A DNA stretch of 64,000 nucleotides from Candidatus Spongiisociaceae bacterium (GCA_965262915.1 OZ253564.1:4050909-4114908); one strand, 5' to 3'. Shown: positions 39,846 through 50,420, counted from the first letter of the stretch. Notes: generated by a model not told the origin, from the sequence alone. Numbers and translations: made by a program.

Positions 39846-40682
39846 TCAGGTACTCAGCTGCCCGTACAGGTCAGGCCGCCGGTCGCGGAAGAAGCCCCAG
39901 TCGTTGCGGATCTGTGGGATGACCGACAGATCGAGATCGGCAACGAGCACCTCGTCATCGGTGTCACTCGCCTGCGAGATGATACGACCTTTGGGATCGA
40001 CCCACATCGACGAACCGTAGAAGTGGGACTCGGAACCGCCCTGGTCGACCCCGACCCGGTTCACCCCGCCCACGTAGTAGACGTTGTCGACCGCGTGGGC
40101 CTGGAGTTCCAACTCCCACAGGTACCGGCTCATGCCGGTGGTGGCCGTCGGGACGTAGACGATCTGGGCCCCGTTGAGCGCCAGGGTCCGGGCCGCTTCG
40201 GGGAAGTGCCGGTCATAGCAGATCAGGATTCCGATGGTCACGTCGTACGGCGTGGGGAAGGTGATGAACCCGGTGTCGCCCGGAGCGAAGTAGTACTTCT
40301 CCACCCCGGTGAGGGTGGGCACCGAAACGATGGGGATGTGGCTCTTGCGGTAGATGCCCACCAGGTCACCGTCCGGACCGATGACCGGCGCACTGTTGTA
40401 CAGCAGACCGTCGAGCGCCTTCTCGTAGATCGGAGCGATCAGGACGATCCCCAGTACACGGGCCAGCTCGCGCATGCGCTCCATCGTGGGGCCGTCGATC
40501 GGCTCGGCCAGATCCAGATGGCGGGCGTCCATCTCGTAGGGGAAGTAGACGGTGTGGAACAGTTCCTGGAGGCAGACGATACGAGCACCCCGGTCCGCCG
40601 CCTCACGGACAAGGTGCTCGGCCCTCTTGACGTTGCTTTCCTTGTCGTACTCCGTACCCATCTGGACGAGTGCGGTCCTCAC
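39846..40682 (-). CDS. Carbon-nitrogen hydrolase family (N-carbamoyl-amino acid amidohydrolase / beta-ureidopropionase-like)
   Basis: Nitrilase-superfamily catalytic E-K-C context (VCLQELF..., ILICYD); adjacent to hydantoinase. Confidence 0.8.
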   Translation of the reverse strand: MRTALVQMGTEYDKESNVKRAEHLVREAADRGARIVCLQELFHTVYFPYEMDARHLDLAEPIDGPTMERMRELARVLGIVLIAPIYEKALDGLLYNSAPVIGPDGDLVGIYRKSHIPIVSVPTLTGVEKYYFAPGDTGFITFPTPYDVTIGILICYDRHFPEAARTLALNGAQIVYVPTATTGMSRYLWELELQAHAVDNVYYVGGVNRVGVDQGGSESHFYGSSMWVDPKGRIISQASDTDDEVLVADLDLSVIPQIRNDWGFFRDRRPDLYGQLST

Positions 40683-40765
40683 GATCCGGATCTCCTTTCG
40701 TCATCGGCGGTCTGACTGTTAGATGGCGGCATCGGATGCACCGGCAGCGGTACGTCGAGGAATGT

Positions 40766-42166
40766 TCATGATACGAGCGTGGAGCTGCTGAGGGCAGCCG
40801 ACTCGGCGCTCCTGACGAACGCACCGTGCGGGCGGGGCGCTACGTAATGACCGCCCCGAACGACGGCCTTGCCTCTCAGGAGCACCACCCGGATGGCGCC
40901 CTGCAACACGCTCCCCTCGTAGGGGTTGTAGTCGCAATTGGTTACCTGGGTGGCCAATGACAGCGTCGTACTGCCATCAGGATCGAACACCACGAGGTCG
41001 GCATCCGATCCCGGCGCGATCTCCCCCTTCCTCGGGTACAGGCCAAAGAGCTTCGCCGTGTTGGTCGACGTGATCTCCACGAACCTGTTGAGCGAGATAC
41101 GGCCCTCGACAACCCCGTAGTGGTAGAGCAGGCCGACACGCCACTCGATTCCCGGAAGGCCGTTCGGTATCTTGCTGAAGTCGTCCCTGCCCACCTGGCG
41201 CTGCTCGAAGAAGAAAGGCGCGTGGTCGGTCCCGACCGCTTGCAGGTCACCCACCTTCAGACCGTTCCACAACGGATCGTGATGCTCCGCGGATCGGAGG
41301 GGTGGAGAACAGACGTAGTTGGCGCCCTGGAAGTCGGGCTCAGCCAGCCGCTCGTCCGTGAGAAGCAGGTAATGGGGACAGGTCTCCGCGTAGGCGCGTA
41401 CTCCACGGTCACGCGCCTCGGCCATCGCCTGGACCGCACCCGCCGAGGACATGTGGACCACGTAGACGGGCACCCCCGCCATCTCCGCCAGTGCGATCCC
41501 CCGCCTGGTCGCCTCGTCCTCGGCGATGGCGGGACGGGTGCGGGCGTGGAAGATCGGGTCCGAATCTCCCCTGGCCAGCGAGTCCTGGACAAGGGCCTCG
41601 ATAGCGTAGCCGTTCTCGCAGTGCAGCATGATGAAGCCACCGTTCTCGGCGGTTCGCCGCATCGCCTTGAAGATCACCCCGTCGTCGAGCATCCATGCGT
41701 TCGGGTAGGCCATGAACAGCTTGAAGCTGGTGACTCCTTCGTCGATAAGGCCGTCCAGGGAAGGGAGCATGCTGTCGGGCAGGTCGGTGATGATCTGATG
41801 GAACGCGTAGTCCACCGCCGCCTTCCCGTCCGCCATCGCGTGCCACTGCATGAGCGACGATCTCGGGTCAGCGCCCTTCTCCTGGATCGCGAAGTCGACC
41901 ACGGTCGTCGTACCACCCACCGCAGCAGCCCGGGTTCCCGAGTCGAAATCGTCCGAGACCACCGTCCCCGCCACCGGTGTGTCGAGATGGGTATGAGGAT
42001 CGATACCGCCCGGGAACACCAGATGGCCGGAAGCGTCTATGGTCTCGTCCGCCTCGACACCATCCAAACCCCCGACGGCGCGGATCCGCCCGTCCTCGAT
42101 GAGGATGTCTGCAATGTAGTCCTGGGTGGCGGTGACGATCCGGCCTCCCTCGACCAGCACCCTCAT
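40766..42166 (-). CDS. Dihydropyrimidinase / D-hydantoinase
   Basis: Cyclic amidohydrolase motifs GGIDPHTHLD; about 466 aa from internal Met. Confidence 0.9.
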   Translation of the reverse strand: MRVLVEGGRIVTATQDYIADILIEDGRIRAVGGLDGVEADETIDASGHLVFPGGIDPHTHLDTPVAGTVVSDDFDSGTRAAAVGGTTTVVDFAIQEKGADPRSSLMQWHAMADGKAAVDYAFHQIITDLPDSMLPSLDGLIDEGVTSFKLFMAYPNAWMLDDGVIFKAMRRTAENGGFIMLHCENGYAIEALVQDSLARGDSDPIFHARTRPAIAEDEATRRGIALAEMAGVPVYVVHMSSAGAVQAMAEARDRGVRAYAETCPHYLLLTDERLAEPDFQGANYVCSPPLRSAEHHDPLWNGLKVGDLQAVGTDHAPFFFEQRQVGRDDFSKIPNGLPGIEWRVGLLYHYGVVEGRISLNRFVEITSTNTAKLFGLYPRKGEIAPGSDADLVVFDPDGSTTLSLATQVTNCDYNPYEGSVLQGAIRVVLLRGKAVVRGGHYVAPRPHGAFVRSAESAALSSSTLVS

Positions 42167-42264
42167 GACGCGCGGTCGGTATCTGACTGTTGCGCGATCA
42201 ACGCCCGAGACCCGCTCGGGAAAAGAGCAAGCCACGGGGACCCCTGCCGCTGGCCACTAGTGTG

Positions 42265-44640
42265 CTAGCCACCGGCTTGGTCGATGAGCGTCCACAGCCG
42301 GCTCGGAGTGACCGGCGTCCGGTCCACCTCGACGCCGAGGTGGGAGAGTGCGTCGCCCACCGCGTTGGCCAGCGCCGCAGCGGCCGGGAAGCACCCCGAC
42401 TCTCCCATCCCCTTGAAACCGCCCTCGGTGTGGGGCGAGGGGGTCACCAGATGATGGATCTCGAAGTCGGGCAGGTCGGTGAAGGACGGCAACAGGTAGT
42501 CCATCAGGGACGACGAGAGGAGCTGTCCCGTCTCGTCGTCGTAGACGAACTCCTCGAGGATCGCACCGCCGAGACCCTGAGCGAGCGCGCCGTGTATCTG
42601 GCCCTCGACCAGCAGCGGGTTGATGACGGTGCCGCAGTCGTCCACGACCACGTACTTGACCCAGTCGATCTTGCCGGTGTCGATGTCGACGTCCACCACC
42701 GCCACGTGGGTGCCGTACGCAGTGGTGAAGTTGGCCGGGTCGTAGACGTAGGTGGCTTCGAGACCGGGCTGGTCTCCCTCCGGGATGCGGTGAGCCCAAT
42801 AGGCCTGCTGGGCGACCTCGGCGAGGGTAAGAGACCGCATCTCCTCGGCGCCCTTGACCGATATCCGGCCGTCGCTGTAGCCGACATCCTCCGGGTCGGC
42901 CTCGAGCAGACTGGCCCCGATGCGGACCGCCTTCGCCTTGATCTCCTCGACGGCCTTGATGACGGCCACCGCCGCGACGTTCGACCGGCTCCCGGCCGAA
43001 CCGAAGCCCGTATACGGGGTCTGGTCCGTGTCTCCCCAGACCACCCGCACGTTGGAGATGTCGATCTCCAGGTGCTCGGCGGCTACCTGAGCCAGGGTGG
43101 TCTCGGTGCCCTGACCGATGGGGATCATCCCCGTGTACAGGGTTGCCCTTCCGTGGGGATCGATCTTGACCGTCGAGCCCTCGTAACCCCCGGTGTAGTA
43201 GTCGAGGAAACCCAGGATGGCCGAAGGCCCGAACCCGGACACGTGGATGTAGGAGCCGATACCGACCCCCCGGTATATCCCCTGCTCCCGCAGGCTCTGC
43301 TGTTCCTCGCGCAACTCGTCGTACCCGACCGCGTCGAGGGCCTTGGCCAGCGCTTCCGGGTAGTTCCCGCTGTCGTACACCGCGCCGCCCGGACTGAAGT
43401 ACGGGAACTCGTCGGCCCCGATCATGTTCCGCCGCCGCAGTTCGGCGGGGTCGATGCCGAGCCGGCGGGCCGTCTTGTCGACCATCCGCTCGATACCGAA
43501 CATCCCCTCCGGACCGCCGAAGCCGCGGAACGTGCTGTTGGGGGTCTTGTTGGTGGCGACGCCCACCACGTCGCAGTGGTAGTTGGCGATCTTGTACTGG
43601 TTGACGGCCGAGGCGCCGGTGACCCAGGCGGGACCTATACCGACGCTGTGGAGGTGGGCACCCTGATCGCTGAGGACCCGTCCCTTCAGACCGAGAATGG
43701 TCCCGTCGGAGCGGGCGGCCAGCTGCCACTCCTGGACCTGCTCCCGGCCGTGTACGGTGGCCCGCAGGGCTTCCCGCCGATCCTCGATCCACTTCACAGG
43801 ACGGTCGAGCTTCATGGCGGCCAACGAAACGAGGATGTCCTCGGGGTAGCGATCCCACTTGTTGCCGAACGCCCCGCCGATGTTCGGCGTGAGTATCCGG
43901 ACCGATGTCTCGGGTATGCCGAGGGCCGCGGCAAGCTCCGTGCGCAGCAGGCTCGCCACCTGGCTCTCCGAGTGGAGGGTGAGCGCCTGGCGGAGGTAGT
44001 CCCATTCGGCCACCAGACCTCGAGTCTCCAGCGGAACGCCCGAGTAGCGGCCTATATGGAAGCGTCCGGAGACGATCTCATCAGCCTCCTCGAAGGCCCC
44101 GTCGATGTCCCCCGCCACCCCCAGCGCGTTGATCCCGGGGAAGGTGTACTCGATGATGGCGTTGTCGCCCATGTGCTCGTTGATCACCGGCGCGCCGTCC
44201 TCGAGAGCGGCCTCCACATCCACGACGTGGTCGAGCACCTCGTAGTCCACATCTATCAGATCGAGGGCGTCCTCGGCGATGTACCGGGAGTCGGCCACCA
44301 CGGCCGCCACCGGTTCGCCCACGTACCTGGCCTTGCCGGGCGCCAGGGCAGGAGTGTTGGTCTCCTTCTGTCCGGGCAGCCGCCAGATGGTCGGGAACGC
44401 CCCGATGCCTGCGAGGTCGTCGGCTGTCAGTACGCAGTGGACTCCGTCGAGAGCCTCGGCCGCCGACGGGTCGATCCCGTCGATGCGGGCGTGGGCGAAG
44501 GGACTGCGGAGGATGGCCATGTGGAGGGTGCCCGCCGGCTCGATATCGGCGATGAAGCGGCCCCGGCCACGGATGAGGGGGGCGTCCTCCCTGCGCGGCG
44601 CCGAAACCCCGATCCACCGAGTCTCCTGCGTCGTGGTCAT
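42265..44640 (-). CDS. CoxL-like molybdopterin large subunit, copy 2 (active-site loop FRGFGGPEGMF)
   Basis: About 790 aa; Mo-hydroxylase family; ATGA overlap with coxS copy 2. Confidence 0.9.
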   Translation of the reverse strand: MTTTQETRWIGVSAPRREDAPLIRGRGRFIADIEPAGTLHMAILRSPFAHARIDGIDPSAAEALDGVHCVLTADDLAGIGAFPTIWRLPGQKETNTPALAPGKARYVGEPVAAVVADSRYIAEDALDLIDVDYEVLDHVVDVEAALEDGAPVINEHMGDNAIIEYTFPGINALGVAGDIDGAFEEADEIVSGRFHIGRYSGVPLETRGLVAEWDYLRQALTLHSESQVASLLRTELAAALGIPETSVRILTPNIGGAFGNKWDRYPEDILVSLAAMKLDRPVKWIEDRREALRATVHGREQVQEWQLAARSDGTILGLKGRVLSDQGAHLHSVGIGPAWVTGASAVNQYKIANYHCDVVGVATNKTPNSTFRGFGGPEGMFGIERMVDKTARRLGIDPAELRRRNMIGADEFPYFSPGGAVYDSGNYPEALAKALDAVGYDELREEQQSLREQGIYRGVGIGSYIHVSGFGPSAILGFLDYYTGGYEGSTVKIDPHGRATLYTGMIPIGQGTETTLAQVAAEHLEIDISNVRVVWGDTDQTPYTGFGSAGSRSNVAAVAVIKAVEEIKAKAVRIGASLLEADPEDVGYSDGRISVKGAEEMRSLTLAEVAQQAYWAHRIPEGDQPGLEATYVYDPANFTTAYGTHVAVVDVDIDTGKIDWVKYVVVDDCGTVINPLLVEGQIHGALAQGLGGAILEEFVYDDETGQLLSSSLMDYLLPSFTDLPDFEIHHLVTPSPHTEGGFKGMGESGCFPAAAALANAVGDALSHLGVEVDRTPVTPSRLWTLIDQAGG

Positions 44641-45128
44641 GTGCTCACCCCTTCCTTGGACATCTCGGCGGCGGCGGCCTGAATCGACTCGACGATCTTC
44701 TGGTAGCCGGTGCACCGGCAGATGTTGCCGCCCATCTCTTCTCGTATCTGCTGCCGGCTCGGGTCCGGGTTACGCGACAGGACGTCGATACCGGCCAGGA
44801 TCATCCCCGGAGTGCAAAACCCGCACTGCAGACCGTGGTACTCGGAGAAGGCCCGCTGCATGGGGTGCAGCGCGTCGCCGTCGCCTATCCCCTCGATCGT
44901 GGTGATCTCGGCACCCTCGGCCTGTACGGCGAAGAGCAGGCAGGACCTGACCACCTCCCCGTCGAAGAGGACCGTGCATGCTCCGCACACGCCATGCTCG
45001 CAACCGAGATGGGTTCCCGTGAGTCGCAGATCCTCGCGGATCGCATCGGCCAGCGTCTTGCGCGGTTCGACCGAAATCGTCCTGCTAGTGCCGTTGACGT
45101 TGAGTACGACGCTCCTCGTTTCAGCCAT
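44637..45128 (-). CDS. CoxS-like [2Fe-2S] small subunit, copy 2
   Basis: CEHGVCGACTV; start at second Met to avoid overlap (alternative 45143). Confidence 0.9.
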   Translation of the reverse strand: MAETRSVVLNVNGTSRTISVEPRKTLADAIREDLRLTGTHLGCEHGVCGACTVLFDGEVVRSCLLFAVQAEGAEITTIEGIGDGDALHPMQRAFSEYHGLQCGFCTPGMILAGIDVLSRNPDPSRQQIREEMGGNICRCTGYQKIVESIQAAAAEMSKEGVST

Positions 45129-45993
45129 TTTCGCCTCCTGCATTGCTAGCCGCCTCCGCCAAGGCCCGCATGGTCAACACCTTGATGAGGTGACGCCGGT
45201 ACTCGCCCGACCCGTGTATGTCGGACGTGGTCGGAAACTCGGCGGCGGCGCCGTCTCCGGCCGCCGCGAACGCGGCCGCGCCCGCCGCCGCACCCACCAG
45301 TGCGGCCTCCGCGGCTGGCAGGCGGGTGGCATGGGTACCGCCGAAGGCCGCCAGGGACGCCTCCCGGACGGTCGAGCCGTCCACCGATATCACGGCTGCC
45401 ACCCCGGCGAGGGCGAAGTCACCGTGGCGGCGAGCGAACTCCTGGAATCCGAAACCGCTCGACGCCCGTGCCGCCGGGATACGGATCTCGGTCAGCAACT
45501 CGGTGTCGCCCAGGGTTGTGTCGAAGAGCAGATCCCCGATGAGGTCCCCAGCGCCGATGACCCGCTCGCCATCGGTCGAGGCAGCGGTCACTTCGGCGTC
45601 GAGGGCCATCAGGAGGGCCGGAATCTCAGCCGCCGGATCGTTGTGCGCCAGCGAGCCGCCGATCGTGCCCCGGTTCCGGATCGCTCTGTGCCCGATATAG
45701 GAGACAGCCTCGGGGATGATCGGCTGGGCCGATGCGACCTCGTCCGATTCCTGAACAGCGGTCAGGCGGGTGAGGGCACCGATACGCAACGATCCGTTGG
45801 CCGAGACATACGACAACGAATCTATCCCGTTGATGTCTATCAAATGCGCAGGTCTGGCCAGCCTGAAGTTGAGCATCGGAACCAGGCTCTGCCCGCCGGC
45901 GAGGACTTTCGCCTCGGACCCGTGCTCGGCCAGAAGCCCCAGTGCCTCCGCAACATTTTCCGGCGCCGAATAATTGAAGACCGCTGGTTTCAC
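45121..45993 (-). CDS. CoxM-like FAD-binding subunit, copy 2 (intact)
   Basis: MKPAVFNY...LAGGQSLVPMLNFRLARP...RNRGTIGGSLAHNDPAAE. Confidence 0.9.
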   Translation of the reverse strand: MKPAVFNYSAPENVAEALGLLAEHGSEAKVLAGGQSLVPMLNFRLARPAHLIDINGIDSLSYVSANGSLRIGALTRLTAVQESDEVASAQPIIPEAVSYIGHRAIRNRGTIGGSLAHNDPAAEIPALLMALDAEVTAASTDGERVIGAGDLIGDLLFDTTLGDTELLTEIRIPAARASSGFGFQEFARRHGDFALAGVAAVISVDGSTVREASLAAFGGTHATRLPAAEAALVGAAAGAAAFAAAGDGAAAEFPTTSDIHGSGEYRRHLIKVLTMRALAEAASNAGGENG

Positions 45994-46187
45994 TGGCGGC
46001 TCACCTCCCGCGCGACGGGGATCGGTTAAGGACCCTTGGGTCTACCGCCGCCCGATGCATACTAGACATCTGCCCGTCCATGGTCAGTTAACCGCCCTCA
46101 AAGCGCGTGCCACCATGCCGAGAAGGGCCGTATATACGCTATAGTCCCAATAGATATACGGATGGAAGTCGAGTGGGAGACGACAAG

Positions 46188-46397
46188 GTGACAAAGCGAC
46201 TGGTGGACATTGACGACGACCTCCTCGAGGAGGCAACCGAGATTCTCGGTACGAGCACCATGAAGGAGACCGTCAACGAGGCGCTGTCCGAGGTACGTCG
46301 AGCCGAGTTACGGCGCCAACTCGTTCTCCAGTTGTCCACGATGGAGGGCCTCGACCTCGACAACGACGAGGTGATGGCAAGAGCCTGGCGGCGGTGA
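46188..46397 (+). CDS. vapB: VapB antitoxin
   Basis: VTKRLVDIDDDLLEEATEILGTSTMKETVNEALSEVRRAELRRQL; GTG start after GGGAGA RBS; ATGA overlap with vapC. Confidence 0.75.
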   Translation: MTKRLVDIDDDLLEEATEILGTSTMKETVNEALSEVRRAELRRQLVLQLSTMEGLDLDNDEVMARAWRR

Positions 46398-46804
46398 CCG
46401 CCAGGTACCTGGCCGACAAGAGCGCACTGGCCAGAATCCTGGTCCCCGTCGTCGGGGAGCGTTTGGGTTACTTGGTCCAAGCCGGTCAGGTGGCGACATG
46501 CGCCATCATCGATCTCGAAGTCCTGTACAGCGCCAGGAACTTGGCCGATTACGAGGGGACCCGGGCGCGACTGGGTTCTCTGGCCGATGTGCCCATCACC
46601 CCACAGATCATGCGTCGAGCGCTCTCCGTACAGCACCGGCTGGCTCGGACGGGACACCACCGCTTGGCCATCGCCGATCTGATCATCGCCGCAGCCGCGG
46701 AGTCGGCCGATCTCTCCGTCCTCCACTACGACGCGGACTTCGAGCGTATCTCCGCGGTTACGGGACAGCCTCACGAGTGGGTTGCACCACGCGGGTCCTT
46801 GTAG
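46394..46804 (+). CDS. vapC: VapC PIN-domain ribonuclease toxin
   Basis: PIN acidic residues (D..., IIDLEVLYS, ...DADFERI); 136 aa. Confidence 0.85.
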   Translation: MTARYLADKSALARILVPVVGERLGYLVQAGQVATCAIIDLEVLYSARNLADYEGTRARLGSLADVPITPQIMRRALSVQHRLARTGHHRLAIADLIIAAAAESADLSVLHYDADFERISAVTGQPHEWVAPRGSL

Positions 46805-47353
46805 GGCTTCACGGAAGCGACTTGCAGCCAGGCCGACTCGATCCGTTCCCGCATCTCGGACGGGCTTCTCGGGCGGCGGTCATCGATGGGGAAGGCTTGC
46901 GCAATCGTGTTGAAGGCTTCCCCCGGCCCGGGTGTTGCCGCTTCCTGCCCTTCCTCCGGGAGATCGCCGAACCATGGTGACGTTTCCGAACATGATCCAG
47001 ACTCGATGAGCCTTCCGATCGCCGACGGCCTGCTGGTGGTGGTCAAGAGGACTGCGAGACCTGCCGCCTTGTCAAGCTGAACGCTCGAACCGTGTCTGGC
47101 AGCCGATTAGGCGAAACGCGGATCGTGGATCCGCACGATGTTTTGATCTTGAGACTCCGGAGAGAGGCGATGCGACGGATCTAGGAGGAACTTCCTGACG
47201 AAAACCGAGTACTGTTCAATGGTCTATCACTGTTCGCGACACCAATCAACTCTTCACCCATCTGCTGCTATACGAACCACGGTGAAATAACTCGGTCTTC
47301 TCTACTACAGCACCCTCTCTCAAGGGACAGTAGAACCTCGCCGAACACCCTCA

Positions 47354-49033
47354 CTAGAGCTGTACCTTAACGCCACCAGAGAGAAATGAGTCGTGGAGTT
47401 CAAGTAGAGTTCCAAATCCTTCTTCAGGAAAGTCGTCGGGGACATCAAATAGTATAGTAGTCTCAATCTTTAGACCTGGGTTCAACTCTATGTGGTCATC
47501 AGCGCTCCAAGTGAATCCCTCAGCAGGGTATCTTCGGCTACCCCAGATCAAGTCTTGATCATCACTAGAAAAGGTTTTAGGTACATCACCGATATTCTTT
47601 ACGGTAAGGTGAACAACGAACCAGGTACCTACGGCTTCATCAGTGAAGGAACCTGAACTGTACTTTCGACCCGGTTGTTCAACTCCGGTAATACTGAACT
47701 CAAATTTGCCATCACGCACAGGGACCGACCGCCTAGCGCGATGTTGCTCAATCAGCCTCTTACGTTCAGACTCGGCACAGCCCCTAACTGCCGTTTCAAG
47801 TCTCGTCTGGGTAGTGACTGCTCCCCACTCAGGATCCCACGTAACGATTGAGCTAACGGATCTGTCGAGCCGCTCAACCGCAATCGCACATGCCCGCTTG
47901 ATTTCAGCATCCACAGCAGCTTCAAGCTCCGCCCTGACCAACCTGGCGCGTTCAGGCCCCGCGCACTCCTCCGCGGCCTGTTCTAGTTCACGTAGGGTTG
48001 TGACTGCTTCCCAGTCGGTCTTCCACTGAACGATTTCACTGACCGGTCGATCGTACTGCGCAACCGCTATCGCACATGCGCGCTCCATCTCAGCATCTAC
48101 AGCGGCCTGTAATTCCTCCCTGATCAAGCGACTGCGTTCGGGCCCCGCGCACTCCTCCACCGCTTCTGTCAGCTCAGGCTGGGTTAGAATTGAGGCCCAT
48201 GTGTAGTGCCACCGAACAATCGAACCCACTGATTGATGGTATCGATCTATCGCCGCAGCACATGCTCGCTCGATCTCAGCATCCACCGCAGCCGATAGTT
48301 CTGCACGACGCTGCTCGGCAAGCCTCTCACGTTCGGGAGATGCGCACCGTTCAACTGCCCTTTCCAGCTGGGTACGGGTTGTGATCGGTTCCCACTCTGG
48401 CTGCCAACTCACGATGTCGGCAACCGGCATCTCGTAAGTCTCTGGAGCGGATGCGACTGCACATGCCCGATCAATCTCCCCATCAATAGCCGCCTGGAGA
48501 TCCGCCCTTATCTCCTCATCGTATTTGCTCAACAGGTATTGAACCTGCTCTTGGGCCTCTTGGGATAAGGCGCTTGTCCTCTGGAGTTCGCTCTCGAGGT
48601 CGGTGATTCGGACATCCTGCTCGCGGCGCTGAGCAAGGAGTTCATCACGCTCAGCCTCGACTGCCGCCAAGCGCAGCCCGAGCCCATCGCGCTCCGAGGA
48701 AACAGCAGCGAGACTTCCTTCAAGCTCATCACGCTCCGCGGAAACGTGAGCCAATTCCTCTTTCAACACTCGAACGTCCTGTTGAAGCCGGTCACGCTTG
48801 GCCCCCGCAGCATCCAAGCCCGTCCTAAGCTCATCACGCTCCGCGGAGACGGACGCCAACTCCGTTTCGACACGACGAACGTCCTGTTGAAGCCGGTCAC
48901 GCTCGCGCGTAACCGAAGCAAGTTCGGCTTCTCTCGCGACCGCGGAGCCCGGCTCGTCGGCTTCGGATCCTGAGCATGCAGTCATGAGCAGCAACACAGC
49001 AAGGCCGGTTACGACACCGCGGAGAAGAGTCAT
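47354..49033 (-). CDS. Lipoprotein with coiled coil, 4 x 53-aa Cys-containing repeats and C-terminal DUF4352 domain; strongly low GC
   Basis: Signal MTLLRGVVTGLAVLLLMTAC; repeated RDRLQQDV...ELASVSAERDEL; four ...VDAEIERACA...IVxWxxxW...ECAGPER... units; C-terminal DUF4352-like beta domain. Confidence 0.7.
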   Translation of the reverse strand: MTLLRGVVTGLAVLLLMTACSGSEADEPGSAVAREAELASVTRERDRLQQDVRRVETELASVSAERDELRTGLDAAGAKRDRLQQDVRVLKEELAHVSAERDELEGSLAAVSSERDGLGLRLAAVEAERDELLAQRREQDVRITDLESELQRTSALSQEAQEQVQYLLSKYDEEIRADLQAAIDGEIDRACAVASAPETYEMPVADIVSWQPEWEPITTRTQLERAVERCASPERERLAEQRRAELSAAVDAEIERACAAAIDRYHQSVGSIVRWHYTWASILTQPELTEAVEECAGPERSRLIREELQAAVDAEMERACAIAVAQYDRPVSEIVQWKTDWEAVTTLRELEQAAEECAGPERARLVRAELEAAVDAEIKRACAIAVERLDRSVSSIVTWDPEWGAVTTQTRLETAVRGCAESERKRLIEQHRARRSVPVRDGKFEFSITGVEQPGRKYSSGSFTDEAVGTWFVVHLTVKNIGDVPKTFSSDDQDLIWGSRRYPAEGFTWSADDHIELNPGLKIETTILFDVPDDFPEEGFGTLLELHDSFLSGGVKVQL

Positions 49034-49134
49034 ATCCGTGCAGTCTAGACATTCTGATGCTCTCGATAATTCGCTGAACATGGCCTTTTGACTGACCCGG
49101 GTGGTCACCGCCCACACGGCTGGCGGCTCCGGGT

Positions 49135-50028
49135 TCAGCGGCTGCTGAGGGTGATGAGGATGACTCCGAGGACGGTGAGGGCGGCGCCCGTCACGATCTT
49201 CCACGTCAACCTCTCCAGGTCCCTCAGGAAGAGGGCCGACAGCAGGACCACGATCAGAGGTTGGGCCATGATGATGGGACCGACGACCGATACGTCACCG
49301 GCTTCCAGCGCCCGGAACACGGACAGCACGCCCAACCCCGCCAGTACCCCGGTCACCAGGAACCACTGCCATCCGGGCCCGAGCTTCGCGAGGCGGCGGA
49401 TCCGGGGCGCGGACGCTACGACGACCGCCCAGATCAACAGCACCGATACATTTCCCACCAAGGCACCGAACGGCGCGGAAGGAGTAGCGGCCATACCGAG
49501 CTTGCGTACGATATCGGAGGACGCGAACGACAGGCCCCCGACCACGGGCAGCAGGTAGGCCCAGCTCCACCGCCGAGCGACATGGCCGGTCACAAGGGTG
49601 CCGCCAAACTGCTTGTCTCCACCCACGAGGGCCCATATCCCGGCGACGATGGCCCCCGCTCCGGCCACGCGCCAACCGGTGACGACCTCCGAGAACATGA
49701 CCATCCCTCCGATCAGCGCCAGCACCGGGTAGGTGGCGGTCTGGATGGGCGTAGCCGTCGAAGGCCCGAGGCGCGCGACGGCCAGGATGAACGAGGTCCG
49801 TCCCAGCCCTTCACCGATGATCCCCGCCGCGACGAAGAGCCCTACCGCTCGCAGCGATACGCTCTCCGGCATGTCCAATGCCATGAAGATCAACATCACC
49901 ACCGCACCGATCGGGAGGGACACCAGTAGTGCGGTAACGATGCTGTTGCCCTGAACTCCCCGCTTCGCGGTGATACCGAGGGCCGCGAAGCAGCAGGCCG
50001 CACCTAGAGCGAACAGTACGGGCATCAC
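49135..50028 (-). CDS. DMT/EamA-family transporter
   Basis: 10 TM-like hydrophobic segments; two EamA halves; 297 aa. Confidence 0.85.
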   Translation of the reverse strand: MMPVLFALGAACCFAALGITAKRGVQGNSIVTALLVSLPIGAVVMLIFMALDMPESVSLRAVGLFVAAGIIGEGLGRTSFILAVARLGPSTATPIQTATYPVLALIGGMVMFSEVVTGWRVAGAGAIVAGIWALVGGDKQFGGTLVTGHVARRWSWAYLLPVVGGLSFASSDIVRKLGMAATPSAPFGALVGNVSVLLIWAVVVASAPRIRRLAKLGPGWQWFLVTGVLAGLGVLSVFRALEAGDVSVVGPIIMAQPLIVVLLSALFLRDLERLTWKIVTGAALTVLGVILITLSSR

Positions 50029-50185
50029 ACCTTCCCCGATGCTGACCGAACTCCCGGTGTAGGACCGCCGGAGCGTTCAGTGTCTCCCGCTCGAACGGCG
50101 CAGGCCGGTCGAACACCGGTAGCCGGTTGGCGGTGGAAAGCGGCCGGTGGCCAGTGGCCGGAGCTCTCGGCGGGTGCCAATCTCC

Positions 50186-50420
50186 CTACTCGCTGTCCTT
50201 GTGGTCCTGGCCCGAGCCTCCCGTGCCCCCACGTGACAGGTACAGCCAGGTTTCGACCACGGTGTCGGGGTTGAGGGAGATGCTCTCGAGGCCGATCTCG
50301 ACCAGCCACTCAGCGAAATCAGGATAGTCGGAGGGTTCCTGATCGCAGATCCCGATGTAGTTGCCCGCATCGCGGCACGCACGGATCAGCCCGGTCACCG
50401 CCCCGCCCCCGGGACGTCCG
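50186..50420 (-). pseudogene. C-terminal remnant of PEP-utilising enzyme (phosphoenolpyruvate synthase/PPDK TIM-barrel end)
   Basis: GLIRACRDAGNYIGICDQEPSDYPDFAEWLVEIGLESISLNPDTVVETWLYL matches the PpsA C-terminus; no upstream body of the gene (space occupied by UPF0182 gene). Confidence 0.5.

Noticed and set aside
46771-47046. 91-aa minus-strand ORF convergent with vapC
   Set aside because: Overlaps vapC 3-prime end, no RBS or domain evidence; could be real small protein but not supportable.
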